Origin: Octopus vulgaris
Lineage: Eukaryota
DNA: 64,000 nucleotides
NCBI GenBank assembly: GCA_951406725.2
Contig: OX597823.1
Coordinates: forward strand, 15,624,001-15,688,000
Direction of reading: 5' to 3'
Positions within the stretch are counted from its first letter, which is position 1. Each line of letters opens with the position of its first letter. The translations under genes were made by a program, and so were the position numbers. Of the stretch, positions 52,655-64,000 are shown piece by piece. The notes under the pieces are model-generated. The model was not told the origin of the DNA and did not search any database. It was given only the letters and a program-made list of their open reading frames with translations.

Positions 52655-53050
52655 CTCTTTTACTTGTTTCAGTCATCTGACTGTGGCCATGCTGGAGCAC
52701 CGCCTTTAATCGAGCAACTCGACCCCAGGACTTATTCTTTTGTAAGCCCAGTACTTATTCTATCAGTCTCTTTTGCCGAACTGCTAAGTAACGGAGACAT
52801 AAACACACCAGCATCGGTTGTCAAGCAATGCTAGGGGACAAACACAGACACACAAACGCATATATATATATATATATACATATATACGACAGGCTTCTTT
52901 CAGTTTCCGTCTACCAAATCCACTCACAAGACTTTGGTCTGCCCAAGGCTATAGTAGGAGACACTTACCCAAGGTGCCACGCAGTGGGACTGAACCCGGA
53001 ACCATGTGGTTGGTAAACAAGCTACTTACCACACAGCCACTCCTGCACCT
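52655..53050 (-). mobile_element. SINE family A, full length
   Basis: Near-identical reverse complement of 49426-49810. Confidence 0.9.
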
Positions 53051-53097
53051 ACTGTTAGGAAAAAGAAATGGAAAGAAAAAGTAAAAAAAACAATCTA

Positions 53098-54365
53098 CGA
53101 GGGGCGTTCAATAAGTAATGCCCCTGACCCACTTCCCATAGCAGTAGAGCAACGAAACTTGGCACAGTTATTAGTCTTTTTCTACATAGGAACCACCAAG
53201 AGGTACGCATTTCTACCATCATTTGATGCAGCTCTGGAGACCGTTTTTGTAGAAGACCCCAGCTTGGTCCTCCAACCACGACCTGACTTCAGAAATCAAG
53301 GCTGCATCATCTGGGAAATGCTTTCCTTTCAAAAACAACTTCATGGCTGGAAAGAGGAGAAAATCAGAGGGTGCAAGGTCAGGAGAGTAGGGGGGATAGG
53401 GGAGGAGTTCATAGCCGCACGCCTGTGCTTCTGATCTGGCGACACGCGAGTTGTGGACCGGAGCGTTGTCCTACAGGAGGAGAATGCTTTTGCTGATCTT
53501 GCCCCGCCTCTTGATTTTGATAGCTTCTCTTAATTTCCTCAAAAGTGAAGCATAATAGGCTCCTGTAATTGTAGTACCCTTTGCCAGGAAATCTGTCATC
53601 ACTACTCCGTCCTGGTCCCAGAAGACTGTGAGCATGACCTTGCCAGCGGAGGGCTGCACCTTTGCCTTCTTTAGAGGAAGTGAGTCATGGTGCTTCCACT
53701 GCATTGACTGGGCTTTGGTCTCTGGATCATAGTGATGGACCCAGGTTTCATCCTGTGTAATCAGTCTTTTGAAAAATTTTGACTCATCTTCTTGGCATAT
53801 CTCCAAATTCATCCTCGAGCACTCGACGCGTTCTTGCTTCTGGAAAGGTGTGAGCAACCTGGGAATCCATCTAGCAGATACCTTTTGCATATGCAAATGG
53901 TCATGAATGATAGTTTCCACAGACCCGGTACTAATCTTGATCTCATGGGCTATTTGGCGAATAGTTATGCGTCGATCTTCCAAAATGGCAGCCTCAACTT
54001 GACGGACAGATGCCTCATCAATAGCAGAAGGGGGCGATCAGATCTGGGAGCTGTTTCCACAGAGTTCCGACCATGTTTGAATTCACGATGCCAGCGTTTT
54101 TCAAGGTCATCATCACCATAAGTTACTTTCATTTCATCAAAAGTCTCCCGTGGTGTGCGTCCTTTCAAATACAAAAACCGGATCACTGCTCGACACTCAA
54201 CAGGCTCCACTCAGTTCAAACACCTCTAAATCAAAAACTACAATTAGTTCAGAGCTGTAATTTGCCACTTAATCTATAGAGATATGAATAATTGCACATG
54301 CAAAATTTCAGCGAGATCAAATAACTGCAAGTGGGTCAGAGGCATTACTTATTGAACATCCCTCG
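53098..54365 (-). mobile_element. Full-length mariner transposon (1268 bp, irritans-like)
   Basis: TA TSDs at 53096-53097 and 54366-54367. 37-bp TIRs CGAGGGGCGTTCAATAAGTAATGCCCCTGACCCACTT with 3 mismatches. Confidence 0.95.
53171..54210 (-). pseudogene. Mariner transposase pseudogene
   Basis: MEPVECRAVIRFL...SARWIPRLL...ITQDETWVHHYDPE...L*DNAPVH...PYSPDLAPSDF, with stops and frameshifts. Confidence 0.92.
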
Positions 54366-56589
54366 TATAATAGAACAGCTTAATTTTGCAGGGAAGAATT
54401 GTCACACGTCCATTCTAACACATTATATAATTGGAGATAAGCATCAGTTCTTTGATGCTTGTGGATCAGGAAAAAAAAAAAGTAAAAACAAACAAGTTGG
54501 TGAAAATCTGGAGAATGAACAAAAAGAGTAGCTTAGTACACGTCTACCTGTAAGTTGTCGCTTCAGAAATTTAACCTTTTTGAACCTTTGTGTTTAAATC
54601 TTAGCTGAATTTGTTACCTATAATGTACTCTACCAGTATTATGACTAATTCTTTTGATGTAGTCAACCTGTGTAGCTATGTCTGAGTGTAAGATTAATCA
54701 ATGCAATGATTTGACAAGCTATATAACCTAAAGTATAGGAAATTAAAATTGTTTAGTTTTTCATGCTTCAATGACATTACAGCACTGCATAAAACTATTA
54801 TCTAAAAATGTATTCATGTTTGTGTGCATACACACACACAGACATATATGTAGTAAGTAAATCAATGTCCTTGAGTCTAGGCAATATAGTTTTCAGTTGA
54901 GATATGTAATCACAGAGTGCTCAATGACTCAGTGGACATCTGGTGCTATTACTATATGTCCTACATGAATTAAACAAATGAGAATGGATCTCCATATAAA
55001 ATATTTACTGCATCTTACCTCATGTGACAACTAGATATTTCTCTGATGATTCACTTTGTCAGCCGTTGTTGAACTAAAGACAATTCAAGTAGTTTAAGTA
55101 ATATCCATTCGTCTGTTTTTCCATTTTAGCATGGGTTACATAAACATATTATTGAGGCAAGTTTTACAGCTGGATGCTTTTCTTATCATAAACCTTTACC
55201 TATTTTCAAGTAAGAGCTATCTTATTCCACACTTTTTGAAGGTGCAAAACCAGTGGATGTATGAGTGTGAGGCTTGTATAGTGAGTGATATGGTCTGGTT
55301 GCTCAGGAGGAGATCAATGCAAAATATGGGAGGAGAGTACAGTATTAAGAATGAAAGATGGATATCATGTGAAATGATTCCACACAATAAGGATAAATGG
55401 CATTAGGGTAAAAGCTGGTGAAGTGTGCTGTTCCACACCTATGCACCTCTGACATCATCCTTGATACTGTGCATCTCTCATACACTACCCACACTTCGCA
55501 CCACCTGTGCTGCCTCTTATTGCTTTTTCCCCGTCAAAACTGATATTCACTATTGATCACACCTCCACACCCTTATTCACCATTCACCTGTATTTATAGG
55601 CTGCTCTCCTTTCATGCTTGTAAACTTACCCATTCATCTTGTCCAATCCTTTGGATCATTTCTCTTATATTCACTTTCCTGTAACTTTAGGGTATGCCCT
55701 GACACCTCTTCGCCACTATTTTATCTCTTTTTCCAACTGGGGTAACCACGTATCTTCTCAACAAGACCCCTGTTTCTGCCACTCTATCATACTTGAACCT
55801 CTCATCAACTGGCGTAAAACACCCACCCTTTATAGTGTGGACTGAATGCTTTTTTTATGTGGTACCAGCACTGGTAGGGTCAGCCAGTAACTTGCAAGAC
55901 AAAGATCCTTTGAGAGGGGGGGGGGGGGAACATTGGAGGAGGTGATCTTGTGTCGGAGGATGAAAGGTTAGCATGTATCAGAGAGATAGAAATAGGTGTC
56001 TTGCAGTAGAGCAGGTACATGGTTACCAAGTAAGAGGGAGAGAGGGGGAGGAAGATGGAAGGAGGAGGGGGAGAGAGAGAGATCAAGAATGAGGATAGGA
56101 ACAGGTGTGTTGCTGTAGAGGAGATACATGGTTACCCAACTAGAGGGAAGAGTGGAAGAGAGAGAGAGAGAGAGAGAGCTGAAGAGTGATGGTGGTGAAG
56201 TACCTGGGTATACTCACAAGGAACAGGGACCAGAATATAAATGGGATGGAAGAGTATGGCAAGAGAGAGATAGATGGTGGCAAAATGCTCAGGCATACAC
56301 TCACGGTATGGGGGTCAGAATACAAATGGCAGGGTATTGCCAAAGGTGTATGAGTGGGGAGTAGAGACTTCACATGAATGCAGTGACTGGTGAAACTTGG
56401 GTATATGGAGCAGATGGGGGACAACAGGATAGCAATGATACAGTGAGCAGGGCAATGAGGACAGGATTGGAATCAAGAGATAAGTATAGTGTATGAAATG
56501 AGGAAATGTGAGGAAGAGAAGAGATGTAGTTTGGTTTGTTGGGGTAAGGTGTGTGAAAAGTTTTATTGTTACATCTAGGCGGAACACAA

Positions 56590-56790
56590 AGCGCTTCTAG
56601 AACTTGGTTTTGGTAAGTGGGCGGGTCTTCTCAAGAACCTCATATCGCCAGACATTTCGGTCCATTATCTCCTCTGTAAGGACCAACATCCTGAGATTGG
56701 TTCTCACCACTTCATCCCATGTCTTCTGGGTCTCCCTCTTCCACAGGTGTGATCTATTAGTGACCGGCACTGTCTTCATTCATTTATATC
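56590..56790 (-). mobile_element. RTE LINE extreme C-terminal fragment
   Basis: KTWDEVVRTNLRML...DRNVWRYEVLEKT resembles the end of an RTE ORF. Confidence 0.6.
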
Positions 56791-57087
56791 CACACACATA
56801 GACACACAACACATTAGTAATGACTGTTCAAATTTATTTGGAAAGATTTTGACTTGGAAAATGCAAAAAATTAAAAAAAAAAAAGATGAAAAACAAAATA
56901 CAATAGCTAATGAGTGTCAAGTCTAATCCATTCTAGCTCTCAGGATTCTTTCTGTCACTTTGTCTTTCTCTCTGAAAAAAAAAAGAAAATTAAAATTATA
57001 TCACAATAAAATAAAATTTATCTATGTGCCCCCCTCTCTCTCTCTCTCTCTCGTGTGTGTGTGTATATATATTTTTTTTTTTTTTTG

Positions 57088-57303
57088 TACTTGTTTCAGT
57101 CATTTGACTGCGGCCATGCTGGAGCACCGCCTTTAGAGTGGTGAAAGAGTACAGCAGGGATCACCACCTCCTGCCGGAGCCTCGTGGAGCTTTTAGGTGT
57201 TTTTTTTGCTCAATAAACACACACAACGCCCGGTCTGGGAATCGAAACCGCGATCATCCGACCGCAAGTCCGCTGCCCTAACCACTAGGCCATTGCGCCT
57301 CCA
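57088..57303 (-). mobile_element. Chimeric SINE: family B head plus family A tail
   Basis: 57135-57303 matches the first ~165 bp of the 48346 copy. 57088-57136 matches the family A 3' end. Confidence 0.8.
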
Positions 57304-57677
57304 TATATACATATATAAATAAAGAGAGAGAGAGAGGAAACAACTTCTGTAAAACAAAGACAAATACATGTGTCATGTGAGAGATTAGCATTTTAGTGTA
57401 ACAGAGGTGTACACACGCACGCACTATTTGGGGGGTGTGTCTTATTTGCTTTAGTGATTCTTAACATAGTTCATTTCTGGTCAACTTGAATTGAACACAG
57501 CAATGATGAAAGGCATTCCAGTCATGAACATCCCATCCAATGTCCTGTTTTTAATTTTAATGGGAGGAGGATATCTAAGAGAGGTTCTCTTGTTGACTTG
57601 TAATATGTTTATAGTTCAACATGTCTATATAAGCACTTGTTGGCATATGTATGTATGTATGTATATATATATATATA

Positions 57678-57864
57678 TATATAATATAATTCGAGACAAA
57701 ACCACTATTTTAAAATCAAACAAGGAAAGACTTAATCAATACATAAAATTTTAATATAAATTAAATAAATGGTTTATTTAATTTATATTAAAATTTTATG
57801 TATTGATTAAGTCTTTCCTTGTTTGATTTTAAAATAGTGGTTTTGTCTCGAATTATATTATATA
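57678..57864. repeat. Perfect 92-bp inverted repeat with 3-nt spacer
   Basis: Arms 57678-57769 and 57773-57864 are exact reverse complements around TGG. Confidence 0.95.
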
Positions 57865-57938
57865 ATATTTTACTATAAAATTGGATTTAACCCTAAATCT
57901 GATTTTTTCCTGTAATTTTGGATTCATTCCCTAATATT

Positions 57939-57978
<40 letters not shown>

Positions 57979-58469
57979 ACACTTTTTATATGAGGTCATC
58001 CAATTGGGTAATCTCCAAAGGTTATATATTTGAAAACCTGACAGTTTTATGGGTAACATGGTATGTGCATGTGTGTGTACACAACTACATAGATTCTTGA
58101 TTGAATAGTTAAGCATGACTGAAAGTTAAATATTTGTATTTATGAGTGAATAGTAAAAAAATTTTTATTTCAATTCAAAATGATTTATTCAATGGAAATA
58201 AAGCTTTGAACCAGTTCTCGTAATATATAATATATTTTTACAAATTACGAAAGAGTGAAAAAAGAAAATCTTTGGAAGGAGTTGAATACAGTATGTAACA
58301 AAATACTGCAAAACATTTCATCATGTTCTCTACCAGCCATCATTTTAAGACTAACAATAAAACCTTGGTACAAAACCACAAATGGACCACAATATATTAC
58401 TGGTACTTTGTTTTATGTTCAATAGGGGGATAAAAGTGAATGCTAGTGGAATTTGAACACAACAGAAAG

Positions 58470-58710
58470 ATCATCATCGTTTAGCGTCCGCTTTCCATGC
58501 TAGCATGGTTGGATGGTTCAACTGGGGTCTGGGAAGCCAGAAGGCTGCACCAGGCCCAGTCTGATCTGGCAATGTTTCTATGGCTGGATGCCCTTCCTAA
58601 CGCCAACCACTCCGTGAGTGTAGTGGGTGCTTTTTACGTGCCAGAGGAGGCTGGCAAACGGCCATGATTAGATGGTGCTTTTTACGTGCCACTGGCGAGG
58701 CTGGCAACAA
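58470..58710 (-). mobile_element. RTE-tail-type retroposon
   Basis: Same family as 5607, 8396 and 10908, with shortened internal units. Confidence 0.8.
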
Positions 58711-58918
58711 ATGCATTTAAATCACTTCAGTTCTTGCTAAAGATAATTTCTTATATAGGCACAAGGACCAGAATTTGGAGGAGGGGCATATCAACCCAAT
58801 ACCTGACAATTACTCATTTCAATGACTACTTTATAGAATTATATCAATGCTATTTTTACATGCATACTTCCATTCTGGAATGAGTTTACAAGGACTGCAA
58901 TTGTGTTATCCTATAATT

Positions 58919-59146
58919 TTAACTCTTTAGCATTTAAACTGGCCATATCCAGCCCAAATATGCCTCTTGTTTTAAGTTCAAACTGGCCAGATATAGCTTC
59001 TCGCACCTACCCTACAATGCCATCCTAAAAATAGATAACAATATCATTGAAATCTTAAAGCTATGAGACAATACATGACTAATTCAAAACAATATGAATA
59101 AATAAGCTTTACACTTGGCAGAGTAATTTGACTACTAAAGGGTTAA
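58919..59146. mobile_element. piggyBac-type MITE family 1
   Basis: TTAA-CTCTTTAGC...CTAAAGGG-TTAA. Confidence 0.8.
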
Positions 59147-59637
59147 TAACAAACAATATCATCCAAGAGACCTGATGGTCTAGTCAATTTCTCAGTAGAT
59201 ATTGTCTAATTACCTTTGGGTAGTCTCATGACCTTTTCTTACTCATCTATCTTACAATTCTGTTTCACTGAAGACTTTTCATGTCACATCTCTTTTTCAA
59301 TTTACATGTAATGAACATGAAGCTCTGTTGACCTAAATGCTTGGTACATCTGTTAAATATCTACAGCATCATTTGAGTGTTGAAAGAGGTGAATGAGGAG
59401 TGTAGTGGTTAGTATGTTTATTTTATGAGGTGTGGTTTGATTTTTACGACAATGGTATTCCCATGCCATTTTCTCTTTCTTTTTCTAAAAAAAAAAAAAT
59501 CACCAAAAGTTTATATCAATTTATTCACACACACACATGTCTGTCAGTCTGTGTATGTATGATGTCATCTTACTTGGACAGGTGGGCAAGCCAATATTCC
59601 TCCCGAATGGAACACCAACCTGTTGAACGGGTAACCA

Positions 59638-59913
59638 TTTATGGCTGAGTGGTCTGGAGCAATGCAAAATGAAGTGTCTTGCTCAAGAGCACAAAGCACT
59701 ACTGATCTAGGAATTGAAACCACCATCATGTAATTATGAGAGCAATACCCTAACTACTAGGTCATGTATATTCACACACACACACACACATATATATCTA
59801 GGGTGTTGTACTCATGATTGCAAGATCGTGGGTTCAATTCCCAGACCAGTGGTATGCTGTGCTCTTGAGCATAACACTTCATTTCACATTACTCCAGACC
59901 ACTCAGCCATAAA
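59638..59913. repeat. Head-to-head inverted SINE pair, 115-bp arms
   Basis: Arms 59638-59752 and 59799-59913 align as reverse complements. Confidence 0.85.
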
Positions 59914-60206
59914 CAGAAAACCCTACAATGGACTGGTGTTCTATTCAGGGGAAATAATGGCTTGCCACCTAACCAGTTGGGTGGTATCATTCGAAAGCTA
60001 AAATAATGTGAAGAAGCACATTGTAACAAGTGGTGTATAACAACATCTGACAGTACGGTTGATACATATATGCGTATTATTTTTATCTGTGCAGGCAATA
60101 CTTCGTGCTTCAGACTTGTGAACGTATTACTATATTTTCATTTCAGATTAGACTATATTGTTTATAGCATGTTACAAACACCAGAAGCAAAAAAGTTGTC
60201 TGATCT

Positions 60207-60433
60207 TTAACCCTTTAGTGTTCTGATTATTCAATCAAACATAATGCTTATTGATTCACATTGATTTGAATTAATCATGCACTATCTCATATCTTCAAGA
60301 TCTTGATGGTGTAATTACCTAATGTATAATAACATTGTAGGGTAGATGTGAGGGCCTGGATCTGGTCAGTTTGAACATAAAACAGATTAAATATTTTGGC
60401 CGGATATGGCCAGTTTAAATACTAAAGGGTTAA
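60207..60433. mobile_element. piggyBac-type MITE family 1
   Basis: TTAA-CCCTTTAGT...ACTAAAGGG-TTAA. Confidence 0.85.
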
Positions 60434-60580
60434 AGAGGGCATATGATGGGTTAATCTGAGGGTGGACTTAGCGAGTATAAGATTGCACAAAACCTTGGGA
60501 TTCCTCTTGCCAGAGTCAAAAGAGTGATTGTACAATTCACCAGCAAAGAGAAAGAATCAACAGCATCTTGCTCAGGTCGA
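60434..60580 (+). mobile_element. Tc1-like transposase N-terminal (HTH) fragment
   Basis: [28 protein letters not shown]...SCSGR resembles the Tc1 HTH leading into the GRP motif. Confidence 0.5.
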
Positions 60581-60879
60581 CTTAACTCTCTGAATAGCAT
60601 ATTCAACTTGTCTGCAGCCTGGACAGAAATTCCAGGAGACAATTTCTGAACTCCTTTGTATGATGTCCAAATGAGTTAAATAATTAAAAACTGCACAAGG
60701 CATGTCTACTAAAAACTAAATTAAGTATTTAAATGTATCAAATGACATCATTTTGTTTCTAGAAATATGTCTTTCAAAAATGATGGTGTCAAAGTTTCTA
60801 CAGCTGGATGCTCTTCCTAATGCCAACACTCTGAGAATGTAGTGGGTGCTTTTTATGTGCCACATATAGACATACATAC

Positions 60880-60912
<33 letters not shown>

Positions 60913-61514
60913 AAAAGAGAGGGGAGAAGATATGTCTACAAAATGTGTGTGTGTAGGTATATACGTATCTACCTATATATATATATATGTGTGTGTGTAT
61001 GTGTGTGTATATATATATATATATATGTATAAATGTATAGATAGGTATGTGCGTGCGTGTATATATGCAAATGTATGTATACTTATATGTACATTACATC
61101 CTATTCTTCAAGAGCTTCGATTCTGCGAATGTACATATATTTACTAGATTGCTGACAAATAGTTTTCCCATTGTGTTGATGTGCCATTTTCTATCATTAA
61201 TAAAACTGTTGGCATTTTTGCCAACACAGCTATGCTTGTATGAAATAAATTACTTTGCAATTCTGATAACAGTACCTAACTCTGGTAAGTCTTCTATGCT
61301 TGACATAGTAAGAAAAAAAAGAAAAAAAAGGACCACTCATATTTCATGATGAAAATCAAATATGTCAATCACACATGTAATATTTTTTTTATCAAAGTAG
61401 GGTGTAGTGGTCTATGTTCATTGCTGCTTCAATTTTTAGTGAATTCAAAAATACAATAGTTGTTTAAGATTAAAAAGAAAAAACAATCTAATTCTTATCC
61501 AATAATGGAAGACA

Positions 61515-61737
61515 TTAACCCTTTCATTACCGTATTTATTTTGAGGTGTTCTGTGTTTCTTTCAATTATTTTAAATAAAACAAAGAATTTAGTAAAATAA
61601 CTTAGTTATCATTAAGCTAGTGTTAGGAACATAAATTGTGACTAAGATTTGGTGGAAGATTATAATTCAAAACTTATGAAAACAAGATATTTATACTACA
61701 GACCTGGTTTCAGCTGGGTTCGTAACAAAAGGCTTAA
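61515..61737. mobile_element. piggyBac-type MITE family 2
   Basis: TTAA-CCCTTTCATTAC...GTAACAAAAGGC-TTAA. Confidence 0.82.
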
Positions 61738-64000
61738 AGAAAGTTTTTTTTTATGTGAGAATGTTACAACAAAAGTTTTGCTCCAATCACCTCAAACTTT
61801 TGGTATCTTTGTGAAGCTCAGCTTCACAAACATACATCCAATGTGACAAAGTTATACTAAAACAGCACTATATGGTATAGGTCTAATTAGTTTACCACTG
61901 ACTTTACTATGTACAAAGACTACAGTAAACAACTTACATTAGGTATACTATAATACCCCATCCTGACAATGCATCTCTATCAACTGCATTCAAGATAGCT
62001 TGAGAGACAGTTTCAAACAAGTCATCTGGTTCCTGAAATATAATAAATAAACAAGTACTTAAAAAATCAATAAAGATGGACAATAGTAATTTACTATTAG
62101 TAGTTTTATTCAATTTTTAAATAGTATTCATCTTAAAAGAAAAGAAAAAAAAAATTAAACCTCACTTGAGTATTTGGGGTCCCTTTAGTCATACTGAGAT
62201 CATAATAGCCTCTTTAATGCTGGTGCCATAAAATATTTACATTACACTCTGTAAAGTTTGCAGGTATCAAGGAAGGAAGGAATTCAACCATAGAAATTAT
62301 ACCAAAATTTGAGATGTGCGAGGGACACGTGAACCTTTAAGTTGTCTAAGAGAACAGTACCTCTGAATAAAAACTAACTTGGACTGCAATGATAACTCCA
62401 AGCTGCATCAGTATGGAAGATGGACATAAAAATGATGGTGATAAACTAGTCAGTCTAAATGAACAGGTGTAGTTCTGACTTCACTAAAGTTGAATAAAAT
62501 CCAACTATGATCCTTCAGCTCACAGATCAAATGCCAAAAGTATTTCAAAGCAAGGCTAAATATGCATAATGATATAAAAGTATACCCCACGGTGTGTTGC
62601 ATAATCTTAGCTTTCACATTCTTGACAATAGATTCTGGTTATATTACATATGTAGAGTTATTAATGCTTACAACTTATGTGTGATGAGTCTACATAAAAT
62701 GGATAGTGTATTACATACACAATAATCCATAATCAGAACCAAAGTCTGGATACAAATGACAGGCTGAGACAAATGATGGATTCTGATTCAACACTGAGAA
62801 CTTGGCAATTGATCTGATACTTAAAACAGACAAATGAACCAAGACATTGTATAACAGTGTTCTCTCAGAAACACAAAATACCAGCAGTGGATCTGAATGC
62901 ATGGCCCATGCATAAGTACCATGTCCACATGGTCATCTTTACACAAATAGCCAAACTATCAAACAGTACTGTCATAAATTTTTTTGATGACCGTGACTTA
63001 CTAAGCACATGATCACAAGTTCACACATTAATGTTTGAGCAGGGCACATAACTCTTATCTAAAGAAGTCTAAAAAGAAATTTACCATCACAATACCTAGC
63101 TTTTAAATGTATCCTGCATGAATTAAGTTAACTTGATGTGTTTTACAGTATATAAAGGTAGTAGCTTCTGCCTAGTCTCACTTTAGAATAAAAATGTTAT
63201 TGTTTAATTAAACATATTATTGTCATTGTTATTAACATAAATTAATCAATCAAAAAGAAATTATAGGAAAACCACATTTAACTTTGAAAGAACCATCACA
63301 ATCATTTAAAATCTGTTTTCTATGTTGGTATGGGTTAGACAATGAAATTATAATGATGACTAACGCTGGTATCCATCACCATTTGGTGTCAGGCTCAATA
63401 GTAGCTAGCACCATCTAACTGGTGTTATACAAAGAATGGTGTTCACCGTGCTATTCTTTAATTTAGCTCTAATATTGCAAGTTGCTTCAGCATTCACCAT
63501 TGCTAGCTGTGTCAGTATTGAGTTCTTTTATCCCCAATTATGTTTACAGGAGGAAAACGAATAAGCTGCAAACTGAAAGACGTGTGAGTGAAAGAAAGAA
63601 ATTGTTGGATATTAGTAAAATTGAGATAATTGTGAAATCCTTTAAAAATATGTGAAAAAGATAATGTCCTTGATGGAATTGAAAATGGTGTACTTTTTGT
63701 AGGTTTTAATGAGAAAACAAAATTTTTCAATGCTGAAGATGATTAAAGGGCTTTACTTTTTTTTCTTTCTAATGAAGAATAATGCTTTTTGCCCATCCAC
63801 TTATTGTAGTTATTAAAACACAGAAGTTACTATACAGCAATTAGGCATATTTATTGAAAAGTCAATTGGTCAAAAATGCATCTTCAATACCAAATTCATT
63901 GAAAGACATAATCATAAAAACTGTATTAATTTTATTAAACATTTTGTAATTTCAAAATGACAAATTGTAAAATGAAATACATCTCCAGACTTTTCACGGA

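Noticed and set aside
63370-63735. Possible exon or 72-aa ORF near the window end
   Set aside because: No recognisable protein. The plus strand faintly resembles a decayed hAT dimerisation domain (TIASCVSIE...), too weak to call.

Overview
AT-rich, microsatellite-dense eukaryotic DNA. The repeat complement looks like a coleoid cephalopod, probably Octopus (inferred from recalled repeat families, not searched). The only host coding sequence I can identify is the first coding exon of a PIP4K2-family phosphatidylinositol 5-phosphate 4-kinase (minus strand, 32503-32390). I could not find exon 2, so 1-32389 is probably a first intron of more than 32 kb. The rest is mostly transposon-derived: a Buster-type hAT fossil with nested insertions, one full-length and two deleted mariners, RTE and R4/Dong LINE fragments, a Gypsy gag fossil, non-autonomous Helitrons and a HINE, piggyBac, pogo and unclassified MITEs, and several SINE families. 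Nearly all ORFs in the supplied track are spurious. The structures most worth following up are a perfect 92-bp palindrome, a head-to-head SINE hairpin whose arms share variants, a 21-bp long-range intronic duplex competing with a local hairpin, a PHD-like finger inside a LINE RT, and two CpG-retaining islands. I found no convincing new multi-gene system.
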